Notes: generated by a model not told the origin, from the letters alone. DNA of 64,000 nucleotides from an uncultured Candidatus Micrarchaeota archaeon (GCA_963714085.1 OY970229.1:1312001-1376000), one strand, 5' to 3'; numbered from the stretch's first letter, positions 45,843 through 56,149 are shown. Program-made: numbers and translations.

Positions 45843-46934
45843 ATGCCGGTCGAGAAAAAAACGGTTTCGCCAAAAGCCGGAGCCGCAAAACCTGAAACGC
45901 CGCGTGCCGTACAGCCTGGAGCGCCCGCCCCAGGCGCGGTTCAGAAAGACGGCATGTCCGATTTCATCACGGGCCCCTTCCGCAAGTGGTGGGATTTCAT
46001 CCGCATTAACCCTGTGGGTTACTGGCTGGGGCTGGTCAGGATATCGCTCGCCTCCACTCTCGTTTACGTGCTTTTCTATATCCTCATGCTAGCGGCGCTC
46101 GTAGGCGTGGTGTTCGCCCTTGGCGGGGTGGGAGAAGTGCTTAAGATGGCTCCGCTTCAGCTGGTCCTCCTCATCGCTCTTTTCGGGATCGTTTTTCTCG
46201 TAGGTTCCCTTGCCATTGCATGGCTCGCCAGTTCGATAAGCATGACATCGATCGCATATACCGATGCGCGGCTGACCGGAGGGAGCTTCTCGATATCCGA
46301 GTGCTTTTCCAGGATAAAGTACCGCGTGCTCAAGTTCCTGCTGGCTTTGACCGGGATCCTCTTCGCAGTGCGGATTCCATTGTACCTGCTGTTCGCCGCG
46401 TTCATAGCGGTTGTCATATGCATGGCCCTTGCTTCCAGCGCCTACACCGGGTTGTCGCTGGTGCTTCTCCCCTTTGGAATGATGTTCTATCTGGTATTCT
46501 ATCTCCTCGTCCTGATGTACATCTTTCTCCTCTTGGTATTCTACGCGGCCTTCGCTTTCGTGGCCCAGTTCTGGCTGCTAGGGATCGTCCTTGAAGGGAA
46601 GGGCGTGGTGGTGTCCCTGAAAAGAAGCTTTGCCATCGTCAAGGCAAGCCCTCTCGAATCGTTCCTTTTCTGCGTCTTATGGGCCATCGGGACGTGCATC
46701 GCGTCCCTGCCCATGATGGCATTCGTGTTCGTGATATACATCGGCGTTTTCGCGAGCGTATACATCGTAGCGTCGCTCGGCGTGCTCTGGGGCGGCGTGA
46801 TCGTGGCGTTCCTGTTTCTGCTGGACATGCTGATTTCTGTCCTGCTGGGCTCGATCACATCCGCTTTCAGCCAGCCGACCCAGATCCTTTTCTGGAAGAG
46901 CGCCAGGGACAGGATGGAAAAAGCGCAAGCGTAA
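45843..46934 (+). CDS. Polytopic membrane protein
   Basis: About six long hydrophobic segments. Confidence 0.75.
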   Translation: MPVEKKTVSPKAGAAKPETPRAVQPGAPAPGAVQKDGMSDFITGPFRKWWDFIRINPVGYWLGLVRISLASTLVYVLFYILMLAALVGVVFALGGVGEVLKMAPLQLVLLIALFGIVFLVGSLAIAWLASSISMTSIAYTDARLTGGSFSISECFSRIKYRVLKFLLALTGILFAVRIPLYLLFAAFIAVVICMALASSAYTGLSLVLLPFGMMFYLVFYLLVLMYIFLLLVFYAAFAFVAQFWLLGIVLEGKGVVVSLKRSFAIVKASPLESFLFCVLWAIGTCIASLPMMAFVFVIYIGVFASVYIVASLGVLWGGVIVAFLFLLDMLISVLLGSITSAFSQPTQILFWKSARDRMEKAQA

Positions 46935-46979
46935 AACAAAGCGGAAACGACAAGAAGCAGGCTGATGAGAAAATATAAG

Positions 46980-47095
46980 TGTCAGCAGCAGCGCGCTTTT
47001 CCGTCCGTAGGACAGTACCGGCAACGCCGTGAGGAGGCTTAACTTCTGAGTTCGAGATGGGATCAGGTGTTTCCCCCCTCCTATGGCCGCTGACA
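46980..47095 (-). rRNA. rrf: 5S rRNA (unlinked)
   Basis: GTCAGCGGCCATA..CACCTGATCCCATCTCGAACTCAGAAGTTAAG..GCTGCTGAC; terminal helix pairs. Confidence 0.93.
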
Positions 47096-47176
47096 AACAG
47101 AGGTATGTTCATATATGTTTATAAAACTGATTAGTCAAACTTGTAGCGTGTACTCCTTCTACCGGTAGGTGATTCA

Positions 47177-48328
47177 GTGCAGGAACAATTCGCCACACAA
47201 CCGCAACCGATTCCCGGACCATCGGCCCCAGAGCCGGTCATAGCAGCGCAGGCCACGGCAGAGCCCAAGGAAGCCAAGTCGCTAAGCGACGACGAGGAGA
47301 TACTCAAGTTCATAGAGGAGACCAAGCAGAGGATATACATCGTGGGCGCGGGAGGGAGCGGCAGCAACACGCTCGACCGGCTTTTCGACCTCGGCACCTC
47401 GGGCGTCAACCTGATAGCCATGAACACCGATGCCAAGCACCTGCTCAGGGTGCGCGCCAACAAGAAGATAATACTGGGCAAGCAGGTGAGCAAGGGAAGG
47501 GGGGCCGGCTCGAACCCTGCGGTGGGGGAGAAGGCCGCGCAGGAGTCCATAGAAGAGATAAAGGGGGCCATCGGAGATGCGGCCCTGGTGTTCATAACCT
47601 GCGGCATGGGCGGAGGCACGGGCACGGGCTCGGCGCCGGTCATAGCCGAGGCCGCGAAGAAAGCGGGCGCGCTCACCGTGGCGGTGGTCACCCTCCCATT
47701 CGCATCCGAGGGCAAGATCCGCATGGAGAACGCGCTCCAGGGCCTAGACAAGCTGCGCAAGCAGACCGACACCCTCATAGTGATAAAGAACGACAAGCTG
47801 CTCAACCTGGTCCCGGACCTGCCGCTCAACACCGCGTTCAAGGTCTGCGACGAGGTGCTCGCGGGCTCCGTGAAGGGCATAGCCGAGCTGGTCACGAAAT
47901 CCGGCCTGGTGAACGTGGACTTCGCGGACCTGCGGACCATCCTCTCAGAGGCGGGCTTCGCGGCGATAGGCCTGGGCGAGGCGTCGCTGGACGCGAAGCA
48001 CGAGGACCGCGCGAGGGTGGCGGTGGAGACCGCGCTGACCTCGCCGCTCCTGGACGCTGACATAAGCTCCAGCAGCAGGGCGCTGATAAACGTCATAGGC
48101 GGCGAGGACATGACGCTCAAGGAGGCCGAGTACATAGTGGCCGAGACCTCCAAGCGCATAAGCCCCAACGCGCACATAATCTGGGGCGCGCGGGTTGAGG
48201 GGAACATAAAAAAATCTTCCATGCGAGTGCTGGTCGTGCTCGCCGGGGTGAAATTCCCGAAGTACGACTATGTGCCCAAGGACGGCAACGTGGAGGTCGA
48301 GAACCTCGACCTTGACCTCATAGGATGA
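47177..48328 (+). CDS. ftsZ: Cell division protein FtsZ
   Basis: GAGGSGSN, GMGGGTGTG, LVNVDFAD; upstream of secE-spt5. Confidence 0.97.
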   Translation: MQEQFATQPQPIPGPSAPEPVIAAQATAEPKEAKSLSDDEEILKFIEETKQRIYIVGAGGSGSNTLDRLFDLGTSGVNLIAMNTDAKHLLRVRANKKIILGKQVSKGRGAGSNPAVGEKAAQESIEEIKGAIGDAALVFITCGMGGGTGTGSAPVIAEAAKKAGALTVAVVTLPFASEGKIRMENALQGLDKLRKQTDTLIVIKNDKLLNLVPDLPLNTAFKVCDEVLAGSVKGIAELVTKSGLVNVDFADLRTILSEAGFAAIGLGEASLDAKHEDRARVAVETALTSPLLDADISSSSRALINVIGGEDMTLKEAEYIVAETSKRISPNAHIIWGARVEGNIKKSSMRVLVVLAGVKFPKYDYVPKDGNVEVENLDLDLIG

Positions 48329-48339
48329 ACGGTGATTGT

Positions 48340-48501
48340 TTGGAAACGATGGAACTGATAAGGAGATGCGTCAGGATATTGCACATAGCCAGGAAGCCGA
48401 CCTCCCAGGAGTTCGAGACGGTCGCAAAGGTGACTTCGCTCGGCATGGTGGTCTTCGGCCTCATAGGGCTGATAATCACGTTCGTGCTCAATTCGTTCTG
48501 A
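48340..48501 (+). CDS. secE: Translocase subunit SecE/Sec61-gamma (not in ORF track)
   Basis: RILHIARKPTSQEFETVAKVTSLGMVVFGLIG; conserved synteny. Confidence 0.92.
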   Translation: METMELIRRCVRILHIARKPTSQEFETVAKVTSLGMVVFGLIGLIITFVLNSF

Positions 48502-48513
48502 GGTGCTGCACAC

Positions 48514-48966
48514 ATGATATTCACTATAAGGGTGACATCCGGACAGGAAAAGATACTCTCGGAGATACTCGTGAAGAAGGCGAGGGCGGAGAGGCTTGGC
48601 ATATACTCGATAGTCCACATCGACGCGGTGAAGGGCTACCTCTTCGTGGAAGCCCCGGAGGAGAACACGGTCGTGAAGCTCATCCAGAAGGTCAAGCACG
48701 TGAAGGGCTTCCTCAGGACCCCGATAACCACCGAGGAGATAAAGAAGCTCATAACCATCACCAAGAAGCCGGCGCTCACCATCGAAGTCGGCGACATGGT
48801 CGAGATGATCTCGGGCCCGTTCAAGGGAGAGCGCGCGAGGGTGACGCAGCACGACGACGCCAAGGACGAGATAACCGTGGAGCTACTCGAGGTCGCGGTG
48901 CCCATCCCCGTCACGGTGAAGGGCAAGATGGTGAGGCTCTTCCAGAAGAAAGGGGCGACGGATTAG
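48514..48966 (+). CDS. spt5: Transcription elongation factor Spt5
   Basis: RVTSGQE, KGYLFVE, KOW GDMVEMISGPFKG. Confidence 0.96.
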   Translation: MIFTIRVTSGQEKILSEILVKKARAERLGIYSIVHIDAVKGYLFVEAPEENTVVKLIQKVKHVKGFLRTPITTEEIKKLITITKKPALTIEVGDMVEMISGPFKGERARVTQHDDAKDEITVELLEVAVPIPVTVKGKMVRLFQKKGATD

Positions 48967-49026
48967 CCCCGTTTTTCTTATTCTTTTATTCAAGGGCGTG
49001 CCCCGAAAAATAAGTTGAAAAGAAGA

Positions 49027-49097
49027 TGCGGCCACCGGGAATTGAACCCGGATCGCCAGCTTGGGAAGCTGGAATCATACCGGTAGACCATGGCCGC
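49027..49097 (-). tRNA. tRNA-Gly(CCC)
   Basis: GCGGCCA/TGGCCGC acceptor, CCAGC-TTCCCAA-GCTGG anticodon arm. Confidence 0.96.
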
Positions 49098-49103
49098 AAG
49101 AAT

Positions 49104-50339
49104 CTAATTCTTGTATATCGGGAACTTCCCGCAGAGCTCCTCGACGTCCTTCCTGACTTTCAGCTTCAGCTCGCTGTCGTTCGGGTTCTCCAGCACCTTC
49201 ACGATCAGGGAGGCGACGTGCTTCATCTCGCCCTCCTTCATGCCGCGGGTGGTGAGCGCCGCGGAGCCGAACCTCATGCCGCTGGTCACGAACGGCTTCT
49301 GCTTGTCGAACGGGATCATGTTCCTGTTGGCTATTATGCCGGCCTCCTCCAGCGCGATCTGCGCCTCCTTGCCGGTTATCCCCTTGGGGGTGAGGTCCAC
49401 GAGTATCAGATGCGTCTCTGTCTTTCCCGCGACCAGCCGCACCCCGGAGGCGACCAGCTCGTCCGCGAGCACCTTCGCGTTCTTCACGACCTGCGCGGCG
49501 TATAATTTGAATTCGGGCTGCAGCGCCTCCTGGTAGCACACCGCCTTGCCCGCGATGACGTTCTCCAGCGGCCCGCCCTGCGTGCCGGGGAACACGGCCT
49601 TGTCCATTATCTGGGCGTTCCTCTCCGGGGCCATCATCATGGCGCCGCGCGGCCCGCGCAGCGTCTTGTGCGTGGTGGACGTTATTATGTCCGCATAGGG
49701 CACCGGGCTCGGGTACACCCCGCCTGCGACCAGGCCGGAGAAATGGCTGATGTCCGCCATGAGCACCGCGCCCACCGCGTCGCATACCTCGCGGAACGCC
49801 TTGAAGTCTATGATGAGCGGATAGGCGGTGTAGCCGCATATCACGAGCTTGGGCATCTCCTCCTTCGCCCTCTTCATTATGACATCGTAGTCCAATGCCT
49901 CGGTCTCGCGGTCGACCATGTAGGAGACTGGCTTGAACCATTTCCCGGAATAATTCACCGGCGAGCCGTGGGTGAGGTGCCCGCCCTGCGGCAGCTCCAG
50001 GCCCATGAACTTGTCCCCGGGCTGCAGGAACGCGTAGAACGCGGCTATATTCGCGCTCGCGCCTGAGTGCGGCTGGACATTGGCATGGTAGACTCCGAAG
50101 AGCTTCTTAGCGCGCTCTATCGCGAGGCTCTCCACCTCGTCGACGTATTTGTTGCCGGCGTAGTACCTCTTCCCGGGATAGCCCTCGGCGTACTTGTTGG
50201 TGAGCACGGACCCTGTCGCCTCCATGACTGCCTTGGAGGCGTAATTCTCGGACGCGATGAGCCTCAGAGTGGACTGCTGGTAAGAGAGCTCGTTTGAAAT
50301 CAGACCATAAATCTCGCTGTCCGTTTGTTTCAGAGACAT
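49104..50339 (-). CDS. glyA: Serine hydroxymethyltransferase
   Basis: LIASEN, NKYAEGYPGKRYY, GGHLTHG, STTHKTLRGPRG. Confidence 0.97.
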   Translation of the reverse strand: MSLKQTDSEIYGLISNELSYQQSTLRLIASENYASKAVMEATGSVLTNKYAEGYPGKRYYAGNKYVDEVESLAIERAKKLFGVYHANVQPHSGASANIAAFYAFLQPGDKFMGLELPQGGHLTHGSPVNYSGKWFKPVSYMVDRETEALDYDVIMKRAKEEMPKLVICGYTAYPLIIDFKAFREVCDAVGAVLMADISHFSGLVAGGVYPSPVPYADIITSTTHKTLRGPRGAMMMAPERNAQIMDKAVFPGTQGGPLENVIAGKAVCYQEALQPEFKLYAAQVVKNAKVLADELVASGVRLVAGKTETHLILVDLTPKGITGKEAQIALEEAGIIANRNMIPFDKQKPFVTSGMRFGSAALTTRGMKEGEMKHVASLIVKVLENPNDSELKLKVRKDVEELCGKFPIYKN

Positions 50340-50460
50340 AGTAACCCCACCAATCATTTCATGGCTGGCAAGAGTTAAAATACTTAGGTTGGGCGGGAAA
50401 GAGAAACGAAGCAAGGTTTATATTTTGAACATCGATACAAAAAGGCAGGCCGGATTTTAG

Positions 50461-50562
50461 GCCGAGGTCGCATAACCCGGTAGTGCGCACGCCTGGAACC
50501 TAAGCGTTCCGCTAGATAGCGTGTTCCCTCGTGGATTGGGTGTTCAAATCACCCCCTCGGCG
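50461..50562 (+). tRNA. tRNA-Ser(GGA) with 19-nt intron (50499-50517)
   Basis: GCCGAGG/CCTCGGC, long variable arm, G discriminator, intron at 37/38. Confidence 0.93.
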
Positions 50563-50581
50563 AACTTTCTAATAATCAGGA

Positions 50582-51151
50582 CTATTCCCGCGATGCCGCG
50601 TCAGCCCGCTTTTCGGTTCCTTGCAGGATGGACCACGAAGTTTCCACTGACTCGCGGACAAGGCCGCTGGCTTCGTTCATGGCCTGCTCGAAAGTGAGTT
50701 TGATCCTGAGCACCTTCCCAACCACCCCGGAAATCAAGGAGCACGCCAGGATTACGATTGCCGCCGCACCCATTATATCGACAGCCTCGTTCTGGTGGCT
50801 GCCTGCAGAGACCAATGCGTCCGCAAGCCTCGCAAAAATAAGGACCCCGCCGAACACTATCCCGGCATAGGTGAGCGACGTCTTCATCCCGTCAAACTCG
50901 TATCTGTTCTTCGCATCCCGTCTCTTCTGCTCGAATTCCCAGGCGAACGTGCCTTCCAGCTCCCTCACATTCCTCCCCAGCCAGGTTCCCCGCTCGCGCA
51001 CAAGCTCTGTTTCGTCCCTGTGCTTGAACCTGCGCAGTTCAGACCTCAGTATCTTGAGCCCGCTGGCGGTGTCCGGCATGGCGAGGTCTGCGGCCTTGAT
51101 TTCCGCCCTGCGCAGTTTCTTCACCAGCGCGGCTACCCTGGTCCCTGCCAT
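50582..51151 (-). CDS. Hypothetical two-TM protein
   Basis: Two hydrophobic segments; convergent on tRNA-Ser. Confidence 0.65.
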   Translation of the reverse strand: MAGTRVAALVKKLRRAEIKAADLAMPDTASGLKILRSELRRFKHRDETELVRERGTWLGRNVRELEGTFAWEFEQKRRDAKNRYEFDGMKTSLTYAGIVFGGVLIFARLADALVSAGSHQNEAVDIMGAAAIVILACSLISGVVGKVLRIKLTFEQAMNEASGLVRESVETSWSILQGTEKRADAASRE

Positions 51152-51296
51152 TATTTAACTTTTGGAAAAACAATATAAAAATCCAACACCCTGGTCTATG
51201 TGGATAGCGGCATACCGCATCCGTGCCGCCCGCGGTTCCCCATAAGAAATATAAACCATTGCGGAGGATAGATGGTCAGGTGATTTTCTGGAATCC

Positions 51297-51920
51297 ATGC
51301 ACGTTCTCAGCGTTGTTTTCGCATTAGCGCTCGTCTTAGGCTGTGTTTCCCCGGTCGGTCCTATCCAAACCAACACAAGCGTAGCCAATACATCCACATG
51401 CAAGGTAGTGATCACGAACCAGCCCTACAACGCCACCGTGTGCGAGAACGTCTCCGGCATGCAGCAGGTGTGCAACACGGTCGTGCTGAACTATACCATG
51501 AGCAATATCAGCGTGGTCAATCTATGCCTGCAGAAGAACCTCTGCTCCCAGACTGGTTCGTCGGGCAGCGCCGGGAACTGCGTCGCCTACGAGTGCTCCA
51601 AGGGCCTGACGACATGCGCGGTCAACATCACGAACCTGGACGCGCAGAGCTCGGCCGTATGGTCCGTGGCCGCGACCTTCAAGGCGGATGGCACCACGTT
51701 CAGCGAGACCCCGATCAACCAGACCATCGCGCCGCTGCAGACATCCACATTCAAATTCCAGCGGACGTACAGCATGGACCTCAGCCAGCAGACGATGTCA
51801 TGCAACGTCACCATGGCCGCGCCACCCGCGGTCCAGCAATGCGGCTACATCACCACGCTCAAGGAGGTCTGCCACCAGGTGCCGTCCACCCAGGCGGTAC
51901 AGACACAGGTGTGCAGCTAG
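51297..51920 (+). CDS. Cys-rich secreted protein or lipoprotein
   Basis: LVLGC lipobox, many Cys, many N-x-S/T sites. Confidence 0.75.
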   Translation: MHVLSVVFALALVLGCVSPVGPIQTNTSVANTSTCKVVITNQPYNATVCENVSGMQQVCNTVVLNYTMSNISVVNLCLQKNLCSQTGSSGSAGNCVAYECSKGLTTCAVNITNLDAQSSAVWSVAATFKADGTTFSETPINQTIAPLQTSTFKFQRTYSMDLSQQTMSCNVTMAAPPAVQQCGYITTLKEVCHQVPSTQAVQTQVCS

Positions 51921-51947
51921 CGTTCCGTCCGCGGACCGGTGTTTAAT

Positions 51948-53087
51948 TTGCCTTCCGAAGCAATCAGCGTCCATTTCGCGGAGATCGCCCTCAAGGGAAG
52001 GAACAGGTCCCAGTTCGAGAGCGCGCTTGTTGACAGCATACGGTCCCAGGTGGGCGGCGGGAAGATCTCACGGGCGGAAAGCAGGATAATGGTCTTCCCA
52101 GAGGGCGGCATGGAGGCCGCGCTCAAAAGCCTCTCGAAGGTCTTCGGCATCGCATGGTTCTCACAATCCTGCATCGCAGGCAGGGACGTGGATGGGATAA
52201 CCGCGCTCGTCCTGGAGCGCGCCGCGCCGTGGAAGGGGAAGCGCCTGCGCGTGGAGGCCAGCCGCTCGGACAAGTCCTTCGCGCTCACCTCGCCGGAGAT
52301 AAACCGCCAGGTTGGTAAGGCGCTGGAGCTGGCCGGCCACAACATCGATCTGAACACCCCCGAGCAGAAGATATACATAGAGATATTGAGGGACAGCGCG
52401 GTCATCTCTTTCGGCAGGACCCCGGGGCTCGGCGGCCTGCCGGTCGGAGTGTCCGGAAGGGTGCTCTCCATGCTCTCCGGCGGCATAGACTCCCCGGTCG
52501 CGTCCTGGCTCATGATGAAGCGCGGCTGCGCAGTGGATTTCCTGCACCTCCACGCCGGCAAGTCCGCCGACGAGGTGCGCGGCTCGAAGATGCCGAAGAT
52601 AATAAAGGTGCTCAAGCAGTACCATCCGCCCAGATGCAGGCTCTTCATCGCACCGTACACCGAATTCTACAAGCGCAGCCTGGCCGTGGACCCGAGGATG
52701 GAACTGGTGGTTTTCAGGAGGTTCCTGCTCAGGCTCGCCAGTAGAATAGCCGCTGAGAACGGCCATCTCGGGCTCGTGACCGGGGACAGCATAGGCCAGG
52801 TCGCGTCACAAACTCTCGATAACCTGCTTGCAGTGAACGAGGCCGCGTCGCTGCCGGTCTACCGCCCGCTCGCGACATACGACAAGCAGGAGATAGTCTC
52901 CCTGGCCAAGAGGGTCGGCACCTACGACCTCTCCATAGAGGATTACAAGGACTGCTGCTCGCTCGTGGCCGCGAAGCACCCCTCGACGAAAGTCAAGCCG
53001 GAGAAGGCGCGCGCTATAGAAAATGAGATAAACATACAAGATATAGTCGAGAAGACGCTCGCACAGACCGAAACGATCGAATTCTAG
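51948..53087 (+). CDS. thiI: tRNA 4-thiouridine synthase (no rhodanese domain)
   Basis: EIALKGRNR, THUMP, SGGIDSPVA, GQVASQT, DCC. Confidence 0.95.
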   Translation: MPSEAISVHFAEIALKGRNRSQFESALVDSIRSQVGGGKISRAESRIMVFPEGGMEAALKSLSKVFGIAWFSQSCIAGRDVDGITALVLERAAPWKGKRLRVEASRSDKSFALTSPEINRQVGKALELAGHNIDLNTPEQKIYIEILRDSAVISFGRTPGLGGLPVGVSGRVLSMLSGGIDSPVASWLMMKRGCAVDFLHLHAGKSADEVRGSKMPKIIKVLKQYHPPRCRLFIAPYTEFYKRSLAVDPRMELVVFRRFLLRLASRIAAENGHLGLVTGDSIGQVASQTLDNLLAVNEAASLPVYRPLATYDKQEIVSLAKRVGTYDLSIEDYKDCCSLVAAKHPSTKVKPEKARAIENEINIQDIVEKTLAQTETIEF

Positions 53088-53944
53088 AAGTGCACCCTTT
53101 CCGGCTTTATCACGATGCCCTTCTTCCGCTCCTTCAAGTCTTCAGAAGACATCCTGGCGATTCCGACGCCCACGAACTTCCCGCTCTCCGAATAGAGCGC
53201 GAGCTTCTGCCCCATGAGGGCGCTCTCCATGGAAACCATGGCCGGTGCGGCTATCTGCGCGCCCGCGCGTATGGACGCGACCGCCGAATCCTTTATCACG
53301 GCCTTGGGCAGGAAGATGAACTTTTGCGGCGGGCTGACGATTTTCTCCAGCGCAGAGCCATCCTTCCTGTTGCTGAGCAGCCACATGGCGTCCGTGAGCG
53401 TTTCCATGGTGGCCGCATCGGCTTCCTTGATCTCGCCCACCGCGGTGCGCCGGAGCTCCTCCATGCGCGCGCCTCCGCACTCCTTGCCGATGTCCTCGCA
53501 TAAAGTCCTTATGTAAGTGCCTGCGCCGACCTTGGCCTCGAAAAGCGCGAGCCGCGGGTTCTGCGCGCTCACCTCCAGCAATCTAAGTGAATAGACCGTC
53601 CGCTTCCTGGGCACCTTGCGCACGGCGCTTATCTTGGGCGGGGTCTGCACCAGCTCGCCGGTGAACTTCCTGAACAGCGCCTCTATCTGCGCCTGCGTCT
53701 GCACGTTCCTGAATTTTATTATGCCCACGTAGACCTTCGTCTCGCCGGCTATGTAGCGGAGGAGCTTCGTCGCCCTTCCCAGCGCCACGGGTAGCACCCC
53801 GGAGACCTCGGGGTCGAGGGTCCCGGCGTGGCCCGTCCTCTTGGCGCCCGTTATTCTCTTCACGAACGCGGATATCTCGTGGCTGGTGTGGCCCGGCGGC
53901 TTGTCGATCACCACAAGGCCGTCGTCCAGCAGTTCATGGGCCAT
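53084..53944 (-). CDS. cbf5: Pseudouridine synthase Cbf5/TruB
   Basis: GHAGTLDP, GTYIRTL, MEELRR, PUA domain. Confidence 0.95.
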   Translation of the reverse strand: MAHELLDDGLVVIDKPPGHTSHEISAFVKRITGAKRTGHAGTLDPEVSGVLPVALGRATKLLRYIAGETKVYVGIIKFRNVQTQAQIEALFRKFTGELVQTPPKISAVRKVPRKRTVYSLRLLEVSAQNPRLALFEAKVGAGTYIRTLCEDIGKECGGARMEELRRTAVGEIKEADAATMETLTDAMWLLSNRKDGSALEKIVSPPQKFIFLPKAVIKDSAVASIRAGAQIAAPAMVSMESALMGQKLALYSESGKFVGVGIARMSSEDLKERKKGIVIKPERVHF

Positions 53945-53953
53945 GAAAAAAAG

Positions 53954-54127
53954 TCACTCTTTTTTGCCGGTCGGCTCCAGGTGCCCGATCGACACCTTGC
54001 GCTCCTTGCCGCTTTTGAGCTTCACAAGCGCGAAATTGTCAGTGACCACCTTGGTCACCACGGCTTCCTCCCCCTTTCGCCTTCCCATCTTCAGTATGCA
54101 AACGCTGCCTTTCTCTATCGCTGCCAT
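53954..54127 (-). CDS. rpl14e: Ribosomal protein eL14
   Basis: IEKGSVCILKMGRRKG..HLEPT; conserved cmk-L14e-cbf5 order. Confidence 0.9.
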   Translation of the reverse strand: MAAIEKGSVCILKMGRRKGEEAVVTKVVTDNFALVKLKSGKERKVSIGHLEPTGKKE

Positions 54128-54131
54128 TTCA

Positions 54132-54650
54132 TCACCGTTTTTTCTTGGTTTCAATCGCTTTCATGACTATCTCCGCAAGCTCCTCCGGGGTGTAGAGCCC
54201 GGAGTTCACGCAGATGTCGAATCCGCTATGGTCGTAGATGTCCACGCCGTAGAGCTTCAGGTAGCGCTTCTGGTTCGCGGCGTCCCTCTCCGCGATGTGC
54301 AGCCGCGCTTCTTTGAGTGTCACGCCGTCCCTCTTGGCCAGCCGCTCCGCGCGCACATCGTCCGGTGCGAACACCCAGACGCGGATGTTCGGGTTCACCA
54401 TCCACGGCCCGAGCCAGGTCGTCACTACGCAGTTGCCCTTGCCAGCCTCTTCCTTGAGCAGGGCGTCGAACTTCCGGTCTATGTCCGGGTCCTTCTCCGC
54501 CCTTTTCTGGAATTCCATCAGGGAAACCCCCTCCTTGGCGGCGAGGTCCTTGAACGTCGGGCACACGAGCCTGTAGCGGAGCTGCTCCGCCAGCACGCTG
54601 CCCAGCGTGTTCTTGCCGCTCCCAGCCAGGCCGGAGATCGAGATTATCAT
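54132..54650 (-). CDS. cmk: Cytidylate kinase
   Basis: ISISGLAGSGK, RYLKLYGVD. Confidence 0.92.
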   Translation of the reverse strand: MIISISGLAGSGKNTLGSVLAEQLRYRLVCPTFKDLAAKEGVSLMEFQKRAEKDPDIDRKFDALLKEEAGKGNCVVTTWLGPWMVNPNIRVWVFAPDDVRAERLAKRDGVTLKEARLHIAERDAANQKRYLKLYGVDIYDHSGFDICVNSGLYTPEELAEIVMKAIETKKKR

Positions 54651-55444
54651 TTGGTCTCACCCTTTTTCTGCGTCATCATCGAGTATGCGATCGATATGAT
54701 CATGCCCCCTATCAGGGCCACGAATATGAACCACCAGTAGGGCTCGTGCAGCCGCTGGACGTTCACCAGCGGTATGGTGAAGGGCAGGTCCACGTAGAAC
54801 GAGGTTCCCATATTCAGCGTCACATTGACCCCGGTCGCGCCAGGTGGAGGCGTGACCATCACCTCCAACGTGTCTCCCGGGTAATATGTCTGCTTGTCCG
54901 TGGACACCGCCATGGGCTGGCCCTTTGGTGCAAGCAGGAACGTATCCGTGGTGTTGTCCACGTTGTACAGGAAATACGTGGAGTTGTCCGCTATATCCGC
55001 GCCCGCGTCGTACGCGGTCGCGCTCGCCACCCATTTGCCGTAAGTGGTGCTGTTGAGCATGTAGTACGCGGTGTACGTCCCGTTGCCGCTTCCGTTGAGG
55101 TGCGCCATGAGCGTGACGTCGTCCAGTTTCGCAGGGTCGTAGGCCGTTATCGCCCAGTTGACGAAGAAGAACACCACGAGTATCACTATCATGGGCTTGA
55201 ACTGCGACAAGAGCACCTTGTTCATCCTGGGGAAGAGCTCCATCTGCTCCTTCATCAGCCGCTCCGACTTCGCCTTGTCGTGGGCCTTCTCCGCAGCCTT
55301 GTACTCCTCGTTGAGGCGCTTGGACTCCGCCTGCACGGCGTCCATCTCCGCCTTGTTGATCAGCTTGAGCTGGATGAAGCGCGCGACGCCGGAGTAGATG
55401 ACTGCCAGTACCGCTAGTAATATCTCATAATTCTCAAAAGGCAT
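54647..55444 (-). CDS. DUF106/EMC3-like (Oxa1 superfamily) membrane protein with inserted extracellular domain
   Basis: TM, coiled coil, QFKPM, WWFI; upstream of cmk. Confidence 0.8.
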   Translation of the reverse strand: MPFENYEILLAVLAVIYSGVARFIQLKLINKAEMDAVQAESKRLNEEYKAAEKAHDKAKSERLMKEQMELFPRMNKVLLSQFKPMIVILVVFFFVNWAITAYDPAKLDDVTLMAHLNGSGNGTYTAYYMLNSTTYGKWVASATAYDAGADIADNSTYFLYNVDNTTDTFLLAPKGQPMAVSTDKQTYYPGDTLEVMVTPPPGATGVNVTLNMGTSFYVDLPFTIPLVNVQRLHEPYWWFIFVALIGGMIISIAYSMMTQKKGETK

Positions 55445-55501
55445 GTTACCCTTATGAATCGGGAAAGATTAAATATTTGCGTATGAGACAGATACCATCA
55501 G

Positions 55502-56056
55502 ATGGCAGCCGAACTTGACGCCGAGACGAAGCTGAAGATATACATGCTCGTTGTGAACAGGTACAAGGACCTCATCAGCGAGAAGGAGGAGCGCTCGGTG
55601 TCCGAGATACGGCAGCGGGTCTCGCCCTACAACGACCTGGTGAAATCCCTGCGCGATCGGCTGCTCTCCGACTACCACCCCTACACCTACGAGCGCGACT
55701 TCATGCAGGCGGCACAGGGCGCGATAAGCCACGTCACGGAGATGAAGACATTCAGGATGCTCATACCTTTCTGGATGACCTTCGAGGAGATGGAAGAGCT
55801 CAAGGCAGGCGGGATCATGGACAAGGCGCTGCTGCTCACATCGCTGCTCCGCGCATTGGACAGCCGCGACGCCCGGGTGATGGTGACGCGCTCGGGCCGC
55901 GTGTTCGTGGGCTTCGAGTGGAAGGGCGCGAAGCACATGGTGGTCCCTGAATCCGGCTCCCTCCTGAGCGGCGATGACGCGGCGAGGCTCCTTGCCGGCG
56001 ACCCGCTCTCATACTCGTTCTCGGACCTCGCCTATGAGAATTACGATGAATCGTAA
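55502..56056 (+). CDS. Hypothetical protein, transglutaminase-like (probably inactive)
   Basis: GGIMDKALLLTSLLRAL, without the catalytic Cys. Confidence 0.6.
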   Translation: MAAELDAETKLKIYMLVVNRYKDLISEKEERSVSEIRQRVSPYNDLVKSLRDRLLSDYHPYTYERDFMQAAQGAISHVTEMKTFRMLIPFWMTFEEMEELKAGGIMDKALLLTSLLRALDSRDARVMVTRSGRVFVGFEWKGAKHMVVPESGSLLSGDDAARLLAGDPLSYSFSDLAYENYDES

Positions 56057-56149
56057 GTTGTTTCTTTTAGTGGTCTTTCGTAAGTATCACCTAAGCCTCC
56101 GGCCCTTTTAAAAGGGTTATGGTACAAAATAGATTTTACTGGTGATAAC

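Noticed and set aside
51178..51195. Possible attR remnant of tRNA-Ser (AAATCCAACACCCTGG)
   Set aside because: Similarity to the tRNA 3' end is too weak.
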